Assembly (NCBI GenBank): GCA_903955385.1
Contig: CAJBNH010000118.1
Coordinates: 36,045 to 100,044, forward strand
Length of the DNA: 64,000 bases
Source: an uncultured Myxococcales bacterium
GTDB taxonomy: Bacteria; Myxococcota_A; UBA9042
Direction of reading: 5' to 3'
Position numbers and translations under genes: made by a program. The first letter of the stretch is position 1; each line of letters opens with the position of its first letter. This document shows positions 9,730 to 19,075 of this stretch, one piece after another. The notes below the pieces were generated by a model. That model searched no databases and was not told where the DNA came from. It was given only the letters and a program-made list of their open reading frames with translations.

Positions 9730-11913
9730 TCAGGCCGGTGCACCCTCTCCGTCCCGCAGCGGTCGCGCCGACAACGAGATGCGCCGACGCTTGAGGTCCA
9801 CTTCCAACACGCGGACTTGCAGACGCTGACCGACGGCAACCACTTCGTGCGGGTCCCGAACAAAGCGTTCGCTCAGCTGCGACACGTGCACGAGGCCATC
9901 CTGGTGAACGCCCACATCGACAAACGCACCAAACGGCGTGACGTTGGTGACGACGCCCTCCAGGGTCATGCCTTGCCGCAGGTCGTCCATGGTTCGCACG
10001 TCGTCGCGAAACTTGGGAGGTTCGAAGGACTTGCGAGGGTCACGGCCTGGCTTCTGCAGCTCAGCCAGGATGTCGCGCAAGGTCGGCTCGCCCACATCAC
10101 CGGCCAGATAACGCCGCAGGTCGATGGTCTGGACCAGGCTGGCGTTGCCCACCAGCTGCACGACCTTCACGCCGAGATCGGCTGCCATCCGCTCGACGAT
10201 GCCATAACGCTCCGGATGTACGGCGGAAGCGTCCAGCGGATGCTCGCCACCCCGTACACGCAAGAAGCCTGCCGCCTGCTCGTAGGCGCGCGGCCCCAGG
10301 CCAGACACTTTCAACACCGCGTGTCGACTGCGGAATGGACCGTGCTGGTCGCGATGCGCCACGACCTTGCGCGCCAGCCCCGGACCGATGCCGGCGACGT
10401 GGGCCAACAGCGGCGCACTCGCAGTGTTCAGCTCGACACCCACGTGGTTCACGCAACTCTCGACCACCTCGCCCAACTTGCGCGCCAGCAGCGGTTGGTG
10501 CACGTCGTGCTGGTATTGCCCCACGCCGATCGCCTTGGGCTCGACCTTGACCAGCTCGGCCAAAGGGTCCTGCAGCCGACGTGCGATCGAGATCGCACCG
10601 CGAATCGTCAGATCGAGGTCCGGAAACTCCTCTCGCGCAACGTCCGATGCCGAATACACACTTGCGCCTGCTTCGTTGACGCTGACGACAGGCACCGACG
10701 CCCACCCTGCCTTGGCCAGCACGTCGCGCACAAAGGCTTCCGTCTCGCGTCCCGCCGTACCGTTGCCTACACCGACCGCCGTGGGCTGGTGGCGCAGCAG
10801 GAACGCCTGCAGGTCCACGACCGCCTTGGCCGAGGCAGCTGCGCCCTGACCCGGATACACCGTCACGGAGCTCAGGAATCGCCCCGTGTCGTCCACGGCA
10901 GCGCACTTGCAGCCGCTGCGGATCCCGGGGTCGACGCCCACGACACGCTGGCCACCCAACGGCGATGCCAACAGCAAATTCCGCAGGTTCTGGGCGAAGA
11001 CGTCGACGGCTTGGCGGTCCGAGCGCTCCTTGAGTTCGCCGCGGACGTCCGTCTCCAGGCTGGGCAGCAAGAGCCTTTGCACACCGTCCTGAATCGCCTG
11101 AGCCAAGTGGGTCGCGTAGGGCGACCGCGGGCGCACGCCCATGCGTTGCTCAGTCCGCGCGATCAGCCTGTCGCGGTCCAGCTCGATGCCGACCCGCAGG
11201 TCCTCCTCGCGCTCGCCGCGGCAGATGGCCAGATAGCGGTGCGACGGGATGGACGCCACCGCCTCAGTGAAGTCGGCGTAGCCCTCGAAGCGTGACGGAG
11301 CCGCCTCCTTGTCCTTGCGCGGCGGCGCGACCGACGTCACGCGCCCGTGGCGGGCCATCGCGTCGCGACCGAACCTGCGCACCTCGATGTCCTCTGCCAC
11401 CGCCTCGGCCACGATGTCGCGCGCGCCCTTCAAGGCCGCCTCGGCATCGGGCAAGTCCGCTTCCGGCTTCAGATATGCCTGAGCCTCCTGCAGCGGGTCC
11501 GCCCGGTCCGGTTGGGCCAGGATGCGTTGGGCCAGTGGCTCCAGCCCCTTCTCGCGCGCCATCGAGGCGCGGGTCCGGCGCTTGGGACGGAACGGCAGGT
11601 ACAGGTCTTCCAGCGCCGCTCGCGTCGTCGCCGCGCGGATCGCCTTCTCCAACGCTTCCGAGAGCTTGCCCTGACCGGCGATCGACGTCAGCACGACTTC
11701 GCGGCGGGCCTCCAGCTCCACGACCTGGGTGCGCCGCTCCTCGATCGCGCGGATCTGCACTTCGTCGAGGCCGCCGGTCACTTCCTTGCGATAGCGGGCG
11801 ATGAAGGGAACGGTCGCGCCCTCGTCCAGCAACGCCACCGTCGCCGAAACCCCGCGCAGCGGCAGCGCGAGGTCGCGAGAGAGGAAGTCCATCAGCTGGA
11901 GCGATTCGGCCAT
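9730..11913 (-). CDS. tex: Transcription accessory protein Tex (YqgF/RNase H-like, HhH and S1 domains)
   Basis: 727 aa. Tex-typical N-terminus (VPFIARYRKE), then YqgF and HhH regions, and a C-terminal S1 domain (GMTLEGVVTNVTPFGAFVDVG). Confidence 0.9.
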   Translation of the reverse strand: MAESLQLMDFLSRDLALPLRGVSATVALLDEGATVPFIARYRKEVTGGLDEVQIRAIEERRTQVVELEARREVVLTSIAGQGKLSEALEKAIRAATTRAALEDLYLPFRPKRRTRASMAREKGLEPLAQRILAQPDRADPLQEAQAYLKPEADLPDAEAALKGARDIVAEAVAEDIEVRRFGRDAMARHGRVTSVAPPRKDKEAAPSRFEGYADFTEAVASIPSHRYLAICRGEREEDLRVGIELDRDRLIARTEQRMGVRPRSPYATHLAQAIQDGVQRLLLPSLETDVRGELKERSDRQAVDVFAQNLRNLLLASPLGGQRVVGVDPGIRSGCKCAAVDDTGRFLSSVTVYPGQGAAASAKAVVDLQAFLLRHQPTAVGVGNGTAGRETEAFVRDVLAKAGWASVPVVSVNEAGASVYSASDVAREEFPDLDLTIRGAISIARRLQDPLAELVKVEPKAIGVGQYQHDVHQPLLARKLGEVVESCVNHVGVELNTASAPLLAHVAGIGPGLARKVVAHRDQHGPFRSRHAVLKVSGLGPRAYEQAAGFLRVRGGEHPLDASAVHPERYGIVERMAADLGVKVVQLVGNASLVQTIDLRRYLAGDVGEPTLRDILAELQKPGRDPRKSFEPPKFRDDVRTMDDLRQGMTLEGVVTNVTPFGAFVDVGVHQDGLVHVSQLSERFVRDPHEVVAVGQRLQVRVLEVDLKRRRISLSARPLRDGEGAPA

Positions 11914-11980
11914 GGCGTCGCCTCACGGGGCCCGGGGGACGCTCCCCGTCAGGGGAATCGGCCGGGTCCAGGGCGCGCTT

Positions 11981-13423
11981 CTACCACCAATCGCGTGCGA
12001 TGCGCTCCTGGGGAGGCGCAGTTCCGCGGTCTGCCACGGGGGCAGGACGGGCGGCCGCCTGAGGCGGGCGGTTCTCGTGTCGCGAGCGCCGCGGTGCTGC
12101 GGGCGGTTGCGAGGTCGCAGGACGGCGATCGTCGCGGCGGGGCTCTTGAGCCGGGCGCTGCGTCGAACGCGACTGCGGAGCCTGCGAACGCGGCTGCTGG
12201 GGGCGACCTTGCGCCTGGCGCTGCGACGATTGCGGTCGGCGGGCCTGCGGCTGGGCCTGACGCGGCGCCGGTGCGACCTCGCGGGCTCCGTTGGCCTCGA
12301 ACGCATGTCCCTTCACAACGGGCACTGCCTTGCGAATCAGCTTCTCGATGTCCCGCAGGTAGGGCCGCTCCTCGGCATCGCAGAACGAGATCGCGATGCC
12401 ATCGGCGCCCGCTCGTGCGGTGCGGCCGATGCGATGCACGTAGCTATCTGGAATGTTTGGCAGATCGTGGTTGATCACGTGCGACACGCCGTCCACGTCG
12501 ATGCCGCGCGCGGCGATGTCGGTGGCGATCAGCACGCGGGTCTCGCCGGACTTGAAGCGGTCCAAGGCCCGGGTTCGCGCGTTCTGCGACTTGTTGCCGT
12601 GGATGGCCAGCGCCTCGATGCCGGCCTTGTCCAGATTCTTCACCACCTTGTCGGCGCCGTGCTTGGTGCGGGTAAACACCAGCGCCCGCTCGACCTTGGG
12701 GTCACGCAGCAGCTCCTCGAGCAGGGGACGCTTGTCGGAGGTGGTCACGTGGTAGACGGACTGCACGATGCGGTCGACCGTAGTCGCCGACGGCGTGACC
12801 GACACGCGAATCGGATTGCGCAGCAAGTCCTCGGCCAGCTCCTGAACGTCAGGGGCCATCGTCGCGGAAAACAGCAGCGTCTGCCGCTGCGTGGGCACGG
12901 TGGCGACGATCTTGCGCACGTCCCGCACAAACCCCATGTCGAGCATCCGGTCAGCCTCGTCCAACACCAGCGTGTCGACGGTGTTCAGCTTGACCAGACC
13001 CTGACCCATCAGGTCCAGCAGACGGCCGGGAGTGGCCACCAGCACGTCGACGCCGCGCCGAATCGCCCGCACCTGCGGCTCCTGACCCACGCCGCCAAAG
13101 ATGACGGCCGAGGCGACGCCGGTGTGCTTGCCATACACCTGAAACGACTCGTTGATCTGGGCCGCCAGCTCGCGGGTGGGGGCCAGCACGAGCACGCGCA
13201 GCTTGCGGGGACCGGTCATGCCCTTGTCGGCCGCCAGCTTCTGCAGGATCGGCAGGGCGAACGCCGCAGTCTTGCCGGTGCCGGTCTGGGCGCAGCCGAG
13301 CATGTCGCGGCCGCTGAGCAGGGGACCGATCGCCTGCTCCTGAATGGGGGTGGGTTCGGTGTAGCCCTCGTCGCGCACGGCGCGCAGCAGGGGCTCGATC
13401 AGGTTCAATTCTTCGAAACGCAT
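11981..13423 (-). CDS. DEAD-box ATP-dependent RNA helicase with Arg/Pro/Gln-rich C-terminal tail (RhlE/DeaD-like)
   Basis: Q-motif, Walker A (AQTGTGKT), DEAD ([10 protein letters not shown]), [11 protein letters not shown]. Start trimmed to MRFEELNL (ATG 13421-13423). Confidence 0.9.
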   Translation of the reverse strand: MRFEELNLIEPLLRAVRDEGYTEPTPIQEQAIGPLLSGRDMLGCAQTGTGKTAAFALPILQKLAADKGMTGPRKLRVLVLAPTRELAAQINESFQVYGKHTGVASAVIFGGVGQEPQVRAIRRGVDVLVATPGRLLDLMGQGLVKLNTVDTLVLDEADRMLDMGFVRDVRKIVATVPTQRQTLLFSATMAPDVQELAEDLLRNPIRVSVTPSATTVDRIVQSVYHVTTSDKRPLLEELLRDPKVERALVFTRTKHGADKVVKNLDKAGIEALAIHGNKSQNARTRALDRFKSGETRVLIATDIAARGIDVDGVSHVINHDLPNIPDSYVHRIGRTARAGADGIAISFCDAEERPYLRDIEKLIRKAVPVVKGHAFEANGAREVAPAPRQAQPQARRPQSSQRQAQGRPQQPRSQAPQSRSTQRPAQEPRRDDRRPATSQPPAAPRRSRHENRPPQAAARPAPVADRGTAPPQERIARDWW

Positions 13424-13775
13424 TCTTTCCTTTGCAAACAAAGACCTCGGCCGCACGCACGTTGCGCGCGGGTGACTTCCCGTCGGGGGTTCGTCACGTC
13501 GGGTCGGGGGAGGCCCCCACCTTTCTTGCGAGGGGGGTGGCCGTTACCTGGCTGTCGTTCCCTGGCCTTGTGCCAAGGGGGCTGGTCGTTCGCTGACTGC
13601 ACGCCGAAGAGCAGGGCGTGGGAGGCGAACGCTCCAGAACAGCAGGTCAAACACTCTGTCTCGCGACCCGGTGCAGCCGGTTCGCTGCGCGTGCCTTCGA
13701 TCACGAGACGGCGACAGGATAGGCGTCCCGTGCCGTTCGCGCAAGGGAAGTGCGCAAATTGCTTGGATCCTTGGT

Positions 13776-14828
13776 CTAGACGTTGAACCGGAAGTGAACG
13801 ATATCACCGTCTTGCACGGCGTACTCCTTCCCTTCCAGACGGTAGCGGCCGGCACGTCGCGCCGCGGCCTCGGACCCCAGCGTCACGAAGTCGTCGTAGC
13901 CGATGATCTCTGCACGGATGAAGCCCTTTTCGATGTCGGAGTGCACGGCACCGGCGGCTCGAGGCGCCAGCGTACCGTTCTTGATGGTCCAGGCGCGCAC
14001 CTCGTCCTCACCCGACGTCAGGAACGAGATCAGGCCCAGCGCCGCGTAGACCTGGCGCACGACGACGTCCAGCACCGGCTCCTGAATGCCCATCGCCTCG
14101 CGGAAAGCAGGTCGATCCGCCTCGGGCATGCCCTGAATCTCTTCCTCGATCTGCGCGCAACAAACGAACGACGGCAGCCCCTGCACCGGCAAGCCATAGC
14201 GGGCCATGACCGCGGCGGAATCAGCTCCGGCGTCGCCCTCTCCGGCGTTGACGACGACCAGCAGCGGCCGCGCCGTCAGAAAGGCGTAGTTGCGCAGGAC
14301 CGGCAGTGCAGCCAACGCCGCGTCCGCTCGCAGAGGAAGGTCCTGATCCAGCAGCGCTTTGCACTTTTCGAGCGCTTCGACTTCGTCGGCCGTCGCGCTC
14401 GGCTTGCCCTTCTTCAGGTCAGCCGCGGCGCGGTCCAGCCGGTTCTCGATCACCATCAGGTCGGCCAGCAACATCTCGGCCACCACCGACTCGACGTCGG
14501 CCTTTGGGTCGCACAGCCCCTCTTCGTCAAACGCGCGCACGACCAGCAGGAAGGCGTCCATCGGCTTGACCAGGTTCAGGAACGCGGAGTCGAGGCTGGA
14601 CCCATGCTTGCCGACCTTCTCGGCCTGGTGCGCCTCAACCACTTCGATGGTCGCGTAGGTGGTCTTCTTGGGCTTGTACATCTCGCTGAGCTTGTCGACC
14701 CGGCCGTCCGGAACCTTGACCGTGCCGATCTGGAAGCTGCCCTTCTGGCGGCTGGCGTCGGTACCGGTCAGGGTGGCGAACAGGGTGGTCTTGCCGCACT
14801 GGGGCAGGCCGATAAGGGCGACCTTCAT
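13776..14828 (-). CDS. ychF: YchF-like Obg-family ribosome-binding ATPase/GTPase (divergent G1 motif)
   Basis: G1 motif GLPQCGKTTLF. The C-terminal TGS-like domain closely parallels E. coli YchF (RAWTI...AAG.H.D.EKGFIRAE...DGD...F.FNV). Confidence 0.75.
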   Translation of the reverse strand: MKVALIGLPQCGKTTLFATLTGTDASRQKGSFQIGTVKVPDGRVDKLSEMYKPKKTTYATIEVVEAHQAEKVGKHGSSLDSAFLNLVKPMDAFLLVVRAFDEEGLCDPKADVESVVAEMLLADLMVIENRLDRAAADLKKGKPSATADEVEALEKCKALLDQDLPLRADAALAALPVLRNYAFLTARPLLVVVNAGEGDAGADSAAVMARYGLPVQGLPSFVCCAQIEEEIQGMPEADRPAFREAMGIQEPVLDVVVRQVYAALGLISFLTSGEDEVRAWTIKNGTLAPRAAGAVHSDIEKGFIRAEIIGYDDFVTLGSEAAARRAGRYRLEGKEYAVQDGDIVHFRFNV

Positions 14829-14867
14829 GGGGAACCTCGTTGGTTGTCGAATCAGATCAGGTAGTTG

Positions 14868-15215
14868 TCAGAACTGCTCCGACTCAGGCGGGGCGGATGA
14901 TGGGCCAGAATCGTCTGAGCGGCAACCGTCCCCCGCAAGCGCCTCCGGGGTCGGTGTCGCCACGCCGACGATGCGGCGAAAGATGTGCTCGACAAGCTCC
15001 GGGTCCAGCTCGCGAGCGTCCATGCGCAGCCGGTCGAGGATCTCGCGTTCCCGACGCGGGTCGTGGATCGCCCAGCCCAGCCCTTCCTTCAGCCGCCACG
15101 CCTCTGCCACCACGCAGGCACGCCGCTCGATCAACGTCAGCAGCTGGTCGTCGATGCCGTCGATCTCTCTGCGGATTTGGGCCAGCCGTTGCTGCTTTGC
15201 GTCGTCCGCCGTCAT
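14868..15215 (-). CDS. AroQ-class chorismate mutase (monofunctional, about 115 aa)
   Basis: N-terminal coiled helix LAQIRREIDGIDDQLLTLIERRACVVAEAWRLK is the canonical AroQ helix-1 pattern. The gene overlaps the upstream U32 gene stop by 4 nt (ATGA). Confidence 0.75.
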   Translation of the reverse strand: MTADDAKQQRLAQIRREIDGIDDQLLTLIERRACVVAEAWRLKEGLGWAIHDPRREREILDRLRMDARELDPELVEHIFRRIVGVATPTPEALAGDGCRSDDSGPSSAPPESEQF

Positions 15216-17887
15216 GGCTGGACCCCCTCGGGCAAGCGCGCGCCACTCATCGTCTTCATCGTGCCCAGCGTGACGCCAAACTGCTCGTGAACGCCTACGC
15301 GTCGCACCAATTCACCAGCCTGGATGCGCCCTTGCAGCAGGTCGACGTACGCTTGCAGCACCGTCGCCGCCTCGGTCTGCGTCTCGCGCAGGAACTCGAC
15401 ACGGAAGCGCCTGACGCCCTGCTTCACCAGCCGCGGCACTGCGGACGCCGCGCTCTGCGCCGCCGCATTGAACACGGTGTTGCGGCAGCCGACGTCGACG
15501 ACGACCGGGTGCTCGTCGCCCTTGTGGTCGCGCAGCGAGACCTCGTGCGCCTCGCAAGGTCGCCCGCAGGTGCGCCAGTCGTTGCCGTGGCTCAACAGAT
15601 GGGCGTACACGCAGTGCTCGGTGTGGAAGGTCGCGATGTGATGGTGGATCGTCACCGTCAGCCGCTCTGCCGGCACATGGGCCAGCAGACCTTGCAGCTG
15701 CGCCTCGTCCAGATCGTGGGCCGGCGTCAGCGTGTCCACCCCCATGCCCAACAACAGGTTTGCCGTCAGGGAGTTGGTGACGTTGAGCGAGAAGTCGCCG
15801 TGCACCAGCGGGCGCAGCCCAGCAAGCGGCTCGCCCGCCAGCCCAGCGAACTGCACGAGGCCCCCCCAGTGGCGCACAAGCACCGCGTCCGGCTGCAGCT
15901 GGGCAATTCGGGCGTCATAGCCCTGCTCGCCGGGCTTCTGCACCCGCACGGTCGCGATCGTCACCTTCAGGCCGGCCTCGCGCGCCCGGCGCACGGCCTT
16001 GCCCAACCCCACCAGCTCCATCCAGTCCAGCTCGACCTCGGGCAGTCCGGCAGCGATCACGGCCTCCAGCTGGGCCTCGTTGCGGCACAGCGCAACCACC
16101 TGCGGCGTCTGCGCAACCTGCCACGTCACCGGACGCACCGCGGCCGTCAGCTCGGCCCGCAGCCGCTCCGCCGGATCGGCTTCGTCGGTGCCGTGCCGCG
16201 CGGCCGCCAGCACCTGCGCTTCCAGCTTCGTCATCAGCTCGCGCCGCAGCAGTTTCAGTTCGGACACCGGCACATGCAGCCCCGGCCCCACCTGCTCGGC
16301 GACCAGATCGCGCAGCTTGAACGGCGTCCCCCCCAGCGACCCCAGCTTGTCGTAGAGCAATTCGTACGTCATGCCGAGGCCTTGCGACACGGCCAGCGGC
16401 GTGGTCCCGCGCACGCTCGCGCGCTGCGCTCGGCCCGCCGGACCTTGTGCGCGGGCCTCGATCTCGACGGGCTCGCCCTCGCGACCGCTCACGTGCAGAA
16501 CGACGTCGATGCGCCCGGTGGGCAGCCCCGCCTGCAGCAGCCGCGCCGTCGCCAGTCCGGGGGTCGGGTCGCTGGTCAGCCAGACGCGGTGGCCGGGCTG
16601 GATCTTCGTCAGGTCCGGACCCGGGGTGCCAAAGCCCAGCAGCCAGCCGTCTTTGGTCGGATTGACCCGGAAGATCGGTCCGCCTGCCTCGTGCTCGTCC
16701 TCCGGGTGGCCCGCATCGAAGCCCACGCCCTGCCCCGGCCTCAGCTCCGGCAGGGGCGGCTCGAAGCTCGGCTCGTCCGCGTCGGGCACCCGGTGACCCA
16801 AGTTCGCGCCCACGCCGCTGGTCGACGGCCGCCCGTCGGCACGCTGCACCCGCACCGCCCGCGGCTCGACCGCCACGACGGTGCCAATCCACAGGCCACG
16901 GTGCTTGGGAAACCGGCCCTCGACCAAGCTGGTGTGTTGAGCGCCCAGCAGAAAACCCGGCGAGAACCCTCGCGAATACGACAGCGCGCTGTCCACCGCG
17001 TCCTTCTCGAGCCGCTCTGCCGAGGCGCGGTCCTGCCAGCCCATCGCTTTGGCGTCCAGCCACCGCCGCCAAGTGCCCACCGCCGTCGCGACGTATTGCG
17101 GCCCCTTCTGGCGGCCCTCGATCTTCAGCCCGTGAACGCCGGCCGGCAGCAGCCGTTCGAGCAGAGGCGCGGCAAACAAGTCCTTGGGACTCAACAGGTA
17201 TTGCACTTCACCCAGGTCACGTGTCTTTCCGTCCACCACGAGATCGTAGGGCATGCGGCACGCCTGCGCGCACTGGCCGCGGTTGGCAGAGCGGCCTCCC
17301 CACGCCTCACTGGTCAGGCACTGGCCGCTCCACGACATGCACAGGGCGCCGTGAACGAACACCTCGAGCTCCAGCCGTGTGCCTTGCGCCATCTTCGCGA
17401 TCTCATCGACCGACAGCTCGCGAGGCACGACGATCCGGGTGATGCCCAGCCGCTCGGCAAAGACCGCAGCCTCAGCGCTCGACACCGTCATCTGCGTACT
17501 CGCGTGGACGTGCAGCGTGGGAGCGATGGCGCGCGCCAGCAGGGCAACCGCCGGGTCCTGCACGATCAGGGCGTCGATGCCGGCTTGGGCTGCCTTGCGG
17601 ATCACGTCAGCGACCGGCTGCAGCTCGGACTCGAAGATCAGGGTGTTCAGCGTGAGATAGGCCCGGACACCCGCCCGGTGCAGCGCGTCGCAGGTGTCGC
17701 CCAGCTGGTCCAGCGCGAAGTTGCGCGCTCGCGCGCGGGCGTTGAAGCCGTCGTCGAGGCCAAAGTACACGGCATCAGCGCCGGACGCGACGGCGGCGTG
17801 CATGGCCTGAGCATCTCCCGCAGGTGCGAGCAGCTCCGGTTTGCGGCGATGGGGGCGGATCAGGGCGTCATTCGGGGGGAGGGTCAC
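15212..17887 (-). CDS. Peptidase U32-family protein, long form with C-terminal extension (RlhA/YdcP-like architecture)
   Basis: N-terminal U32 core (ELLAPAGD...AVYFG...YLTLNTL...DALIVQD). 891 aa. Cys-rich segments in the C-terminal half. Confidence 0.8.
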   Translation of the reverse strand: MTLPPNDALIRPHRRKPELLAPAGDAQAMHAAVASGADAVYFGLDDGFNARARARNFALDQLGDTCDALHRAGVRAYLTLNTLIFESELQPVADVIRKAAQAGIDALIVQDPAVALLARAIAPTLHVHASTQMTVSSAEAAVFAERLGITRIVVPRELSVDEIAKMAQGTRLELEVFVHGALCMSWSGQCLTSEAWGGRSANRGQCAQACRMPYDLVVDGKTRDLGEVQYLLSPKDLFAAPLLERLLPAGVHGLKIEGRQKGPQYVATAVGTWRRWLDAKAMGWQDRASAERLEKDAVDSALSYSRGFSPGFLLGAQHTSLVEGRFPKHRGLWIGTVVAVEPRAVRVQRADGRPSTSGVGANLGHRVPDADEPSFEPPLPELRPGQGVGFDAGHPEDEHEAGGPIFRVNPTKDGWLLGFGTPGPDLTKIQPGHRVWLTSDPTPGLATARLLQAGLPTGRIDVVLHVSGREGEPVEIEARAQGPAGRAQRASVRGTTPLAVSQGLGMTYELLYDKLGSLGGTPFKLRDLVAEQVGPGLHVPVSELKLLRRELMTKLEAQVLAAARHGTDEADPAERLRAELTAAVRPVTWQVAQTPQVVALCRNEAQLEAVIAAGLPEVELDWMELVGLGKAVRRAREAGLKVTIATVRVQKPGEQGYDARIAQLQPDAVLVRHWGGLVQFAGLAGEPLAGLRPLVHGDFSLNVTNSLTANLLLGMGVDTLTPAHDLDEAQLQGLLAHVPAERLTVTIHHHIATFHTEHCVYAHLLSHGNDWRTCGRPCEAHEVSLRDHKGDEHPVVVDVGCRNTVFNAAAQSAASAVPRLVKQGVRRFRVEFLRETQTEAATVLQAYVDLLQGRIQAGELVRRVGVHEQFGVTLGTMKTMSGARLPEGVQP

Positions 17888-17980
17888 GGCAGCTCGTTCT
17901 GCCCGAATGTTGGGGCGAATCGCGCCAGTAGGCCACGGGGTCGAAGCAGCGGCAAGTCACCCTGCGCAGGGTCTGCGGGT

Positions 17981-18988
17981 CTACACGGGTTCCCGTCCCA
18001 AGGCATAGCGCTGGCTCAGCTTGCGGGCGGTCGCGGCGAACTCCTCGCGCAGGTCGGGCGGCCCCAGAACCTCGACCGCCTCACCGTAGCTGCGCAGCCA
18101 CGCGCGCAGCTGCACGGTGTTCGCAACGGTGGCCCGCAGCACCACGGCGCCGTCCGCCAGCGTCTCCAGCGTTTGGTCATCGCTGAGCGGTGTCTCCATC
18201 ACGCGACTGGCGGCGCCGCGGTCGAAGCGAACCTCCAGGTGGATGGGACCGTCGCCCAACAGGAAGTCGAAGGCGCCGGACTCGATGTAGTTGTCGATGT
18301 CGAAGCCTTCCGGAAAATTGCGCGTCGTGTTGAGCACTTCCGCCGACCGCATGCGGTGCAGCACGGCCATCCGCACATCGGTGAAGTCGCGGAACGTGCA
18401 CACCAGATAGGCCACGGTGTCGCGGTACACGAGGCCCAGCGGATGCAGCGTGTGCTCCACCGGTTCCGCGTCGCGCGCTTGGTACACGACCTTGAGGCAA
18501 CGCTCCCGCAGCAACCCCGTGTGCACCGCCTCCAGCACCTCAGGCTCGATGCGCGGCGAGCGGAACGTCAGTCCCGGCGGAATGACGCGAACCTTGCGCG
18601 GCCAGGCCGTCAGACTGTTCTCGGTCAGGTCGTCCAACACCGCGCGAGCATTCTCGAAATGCTGGTCCAAGTGCGAGCGGGTGGTCTCTGGCAGCACCTT
18701 GTCCAGGTAGTCCTCCGCCAGTCGCAGGGCCAGCGCGGTGTGCACCGTCATGCCCGGCACCTCCACCAATGGCGCGTCCCTGGTCCACGACCAGCCGGCC
18801 GGCTTGAACTCGTCGCTGGTCAGTGGGAAAAAGCCTGAGAGCTTCAGCAGATCGCGCTGAACCGTGCGCACGTCGACCTGAAACTCCGCGGCCTCGAGCT
18901 TGTCGCACAGCGCCCGGGTCGAGATCTTGTTCGGCACTCTCGGCACCAGCCTGAGCATGTGCCACTGGCGAATGATGGCATCGGTCAT
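17981..18988 (-). CDS. WYL-domain transcriptional regulator, BrxR/CapW-like (wHTH-WYL-WCX)
   Basis: N-terminus RLVPRVPNKISTRALCDKLEAAEFQVDVRTVQRDLLKLSGFFPL...KPAGWSW matches the defense-associated BrxR-type HTH pattern. Start trimmed to MTDAII (ATG 18986-18988, GGAGGGAG RBS). Confidence 0.7.
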   Translation of the reverse strand: MTDAIIRQWHMLRLVPRVPNKISTRALCDKLEAAEFQVDVRTVQRDLLKLSGFFPLTSDEFKPAGWSWTRDAPLVEVPGMTVHTALALRLAEDYLDKVLPETTRSHLDQHFENARAVLDDLTENSLTAWPRKVRVIPPGLTFRSPRIEPEVLEAVHTGLLRERCLKVVYQARDAEPVEHTLHPLGLVYRDTVAYLVCTFRDFTDVRMAVLHRMRSAEVLNTTRNFPEGFDIDNYIESGAFDFLLGDGPIHLEVRFDRGAASRVMETPLSDDQTLETLADGAVVLRATVANTVQLRAWLRSYGEAVEVLGPPDLREEFAATARKLSQRYALGREPV

Positions 18989-19010
18989 GACAGCTCCCTC
19001 CGGCGATGAC

Positions 19011-19042
19011 GCGGCAGTATGCGCGGGGCGCTGCCGCGGCAG
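19011..19042. promoter_or_regulatory. Operator-like array: half-site GCGGCAG followed, after a 13-nt spacer, by the perfect 12-nt palindrome CTGCCGCGGCAG; sits 23-55 nt upstream of the WYL regulator start
   Basis: Read directly: gcggcag tatgcgcggggcg ctgccgcggcag. Confidence 0.5.
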
Positions 19043-19075
19043 CAAGGGGGGGCGCGCGCGTCAGGCGTCACCCAA

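Noticed and set aside
9685-13786. 536-aa and 661-aa plus-strand ORFs
   Set aside because: They are antisense to tex and the DEAD-box helicase, so they are artefacts.
14840-18838. 1332-aa ORF on the plus strand
   Set aside because: It lies entirely antisense to the chorismate mutase, U32 and WYL genes. Its composition is Arg/Ala/Gly/Pro-dominated and low in complexity, typical of reverse-frame ORFs in about 70% GC DNA. The opposite strand carries clear conserved motifs.
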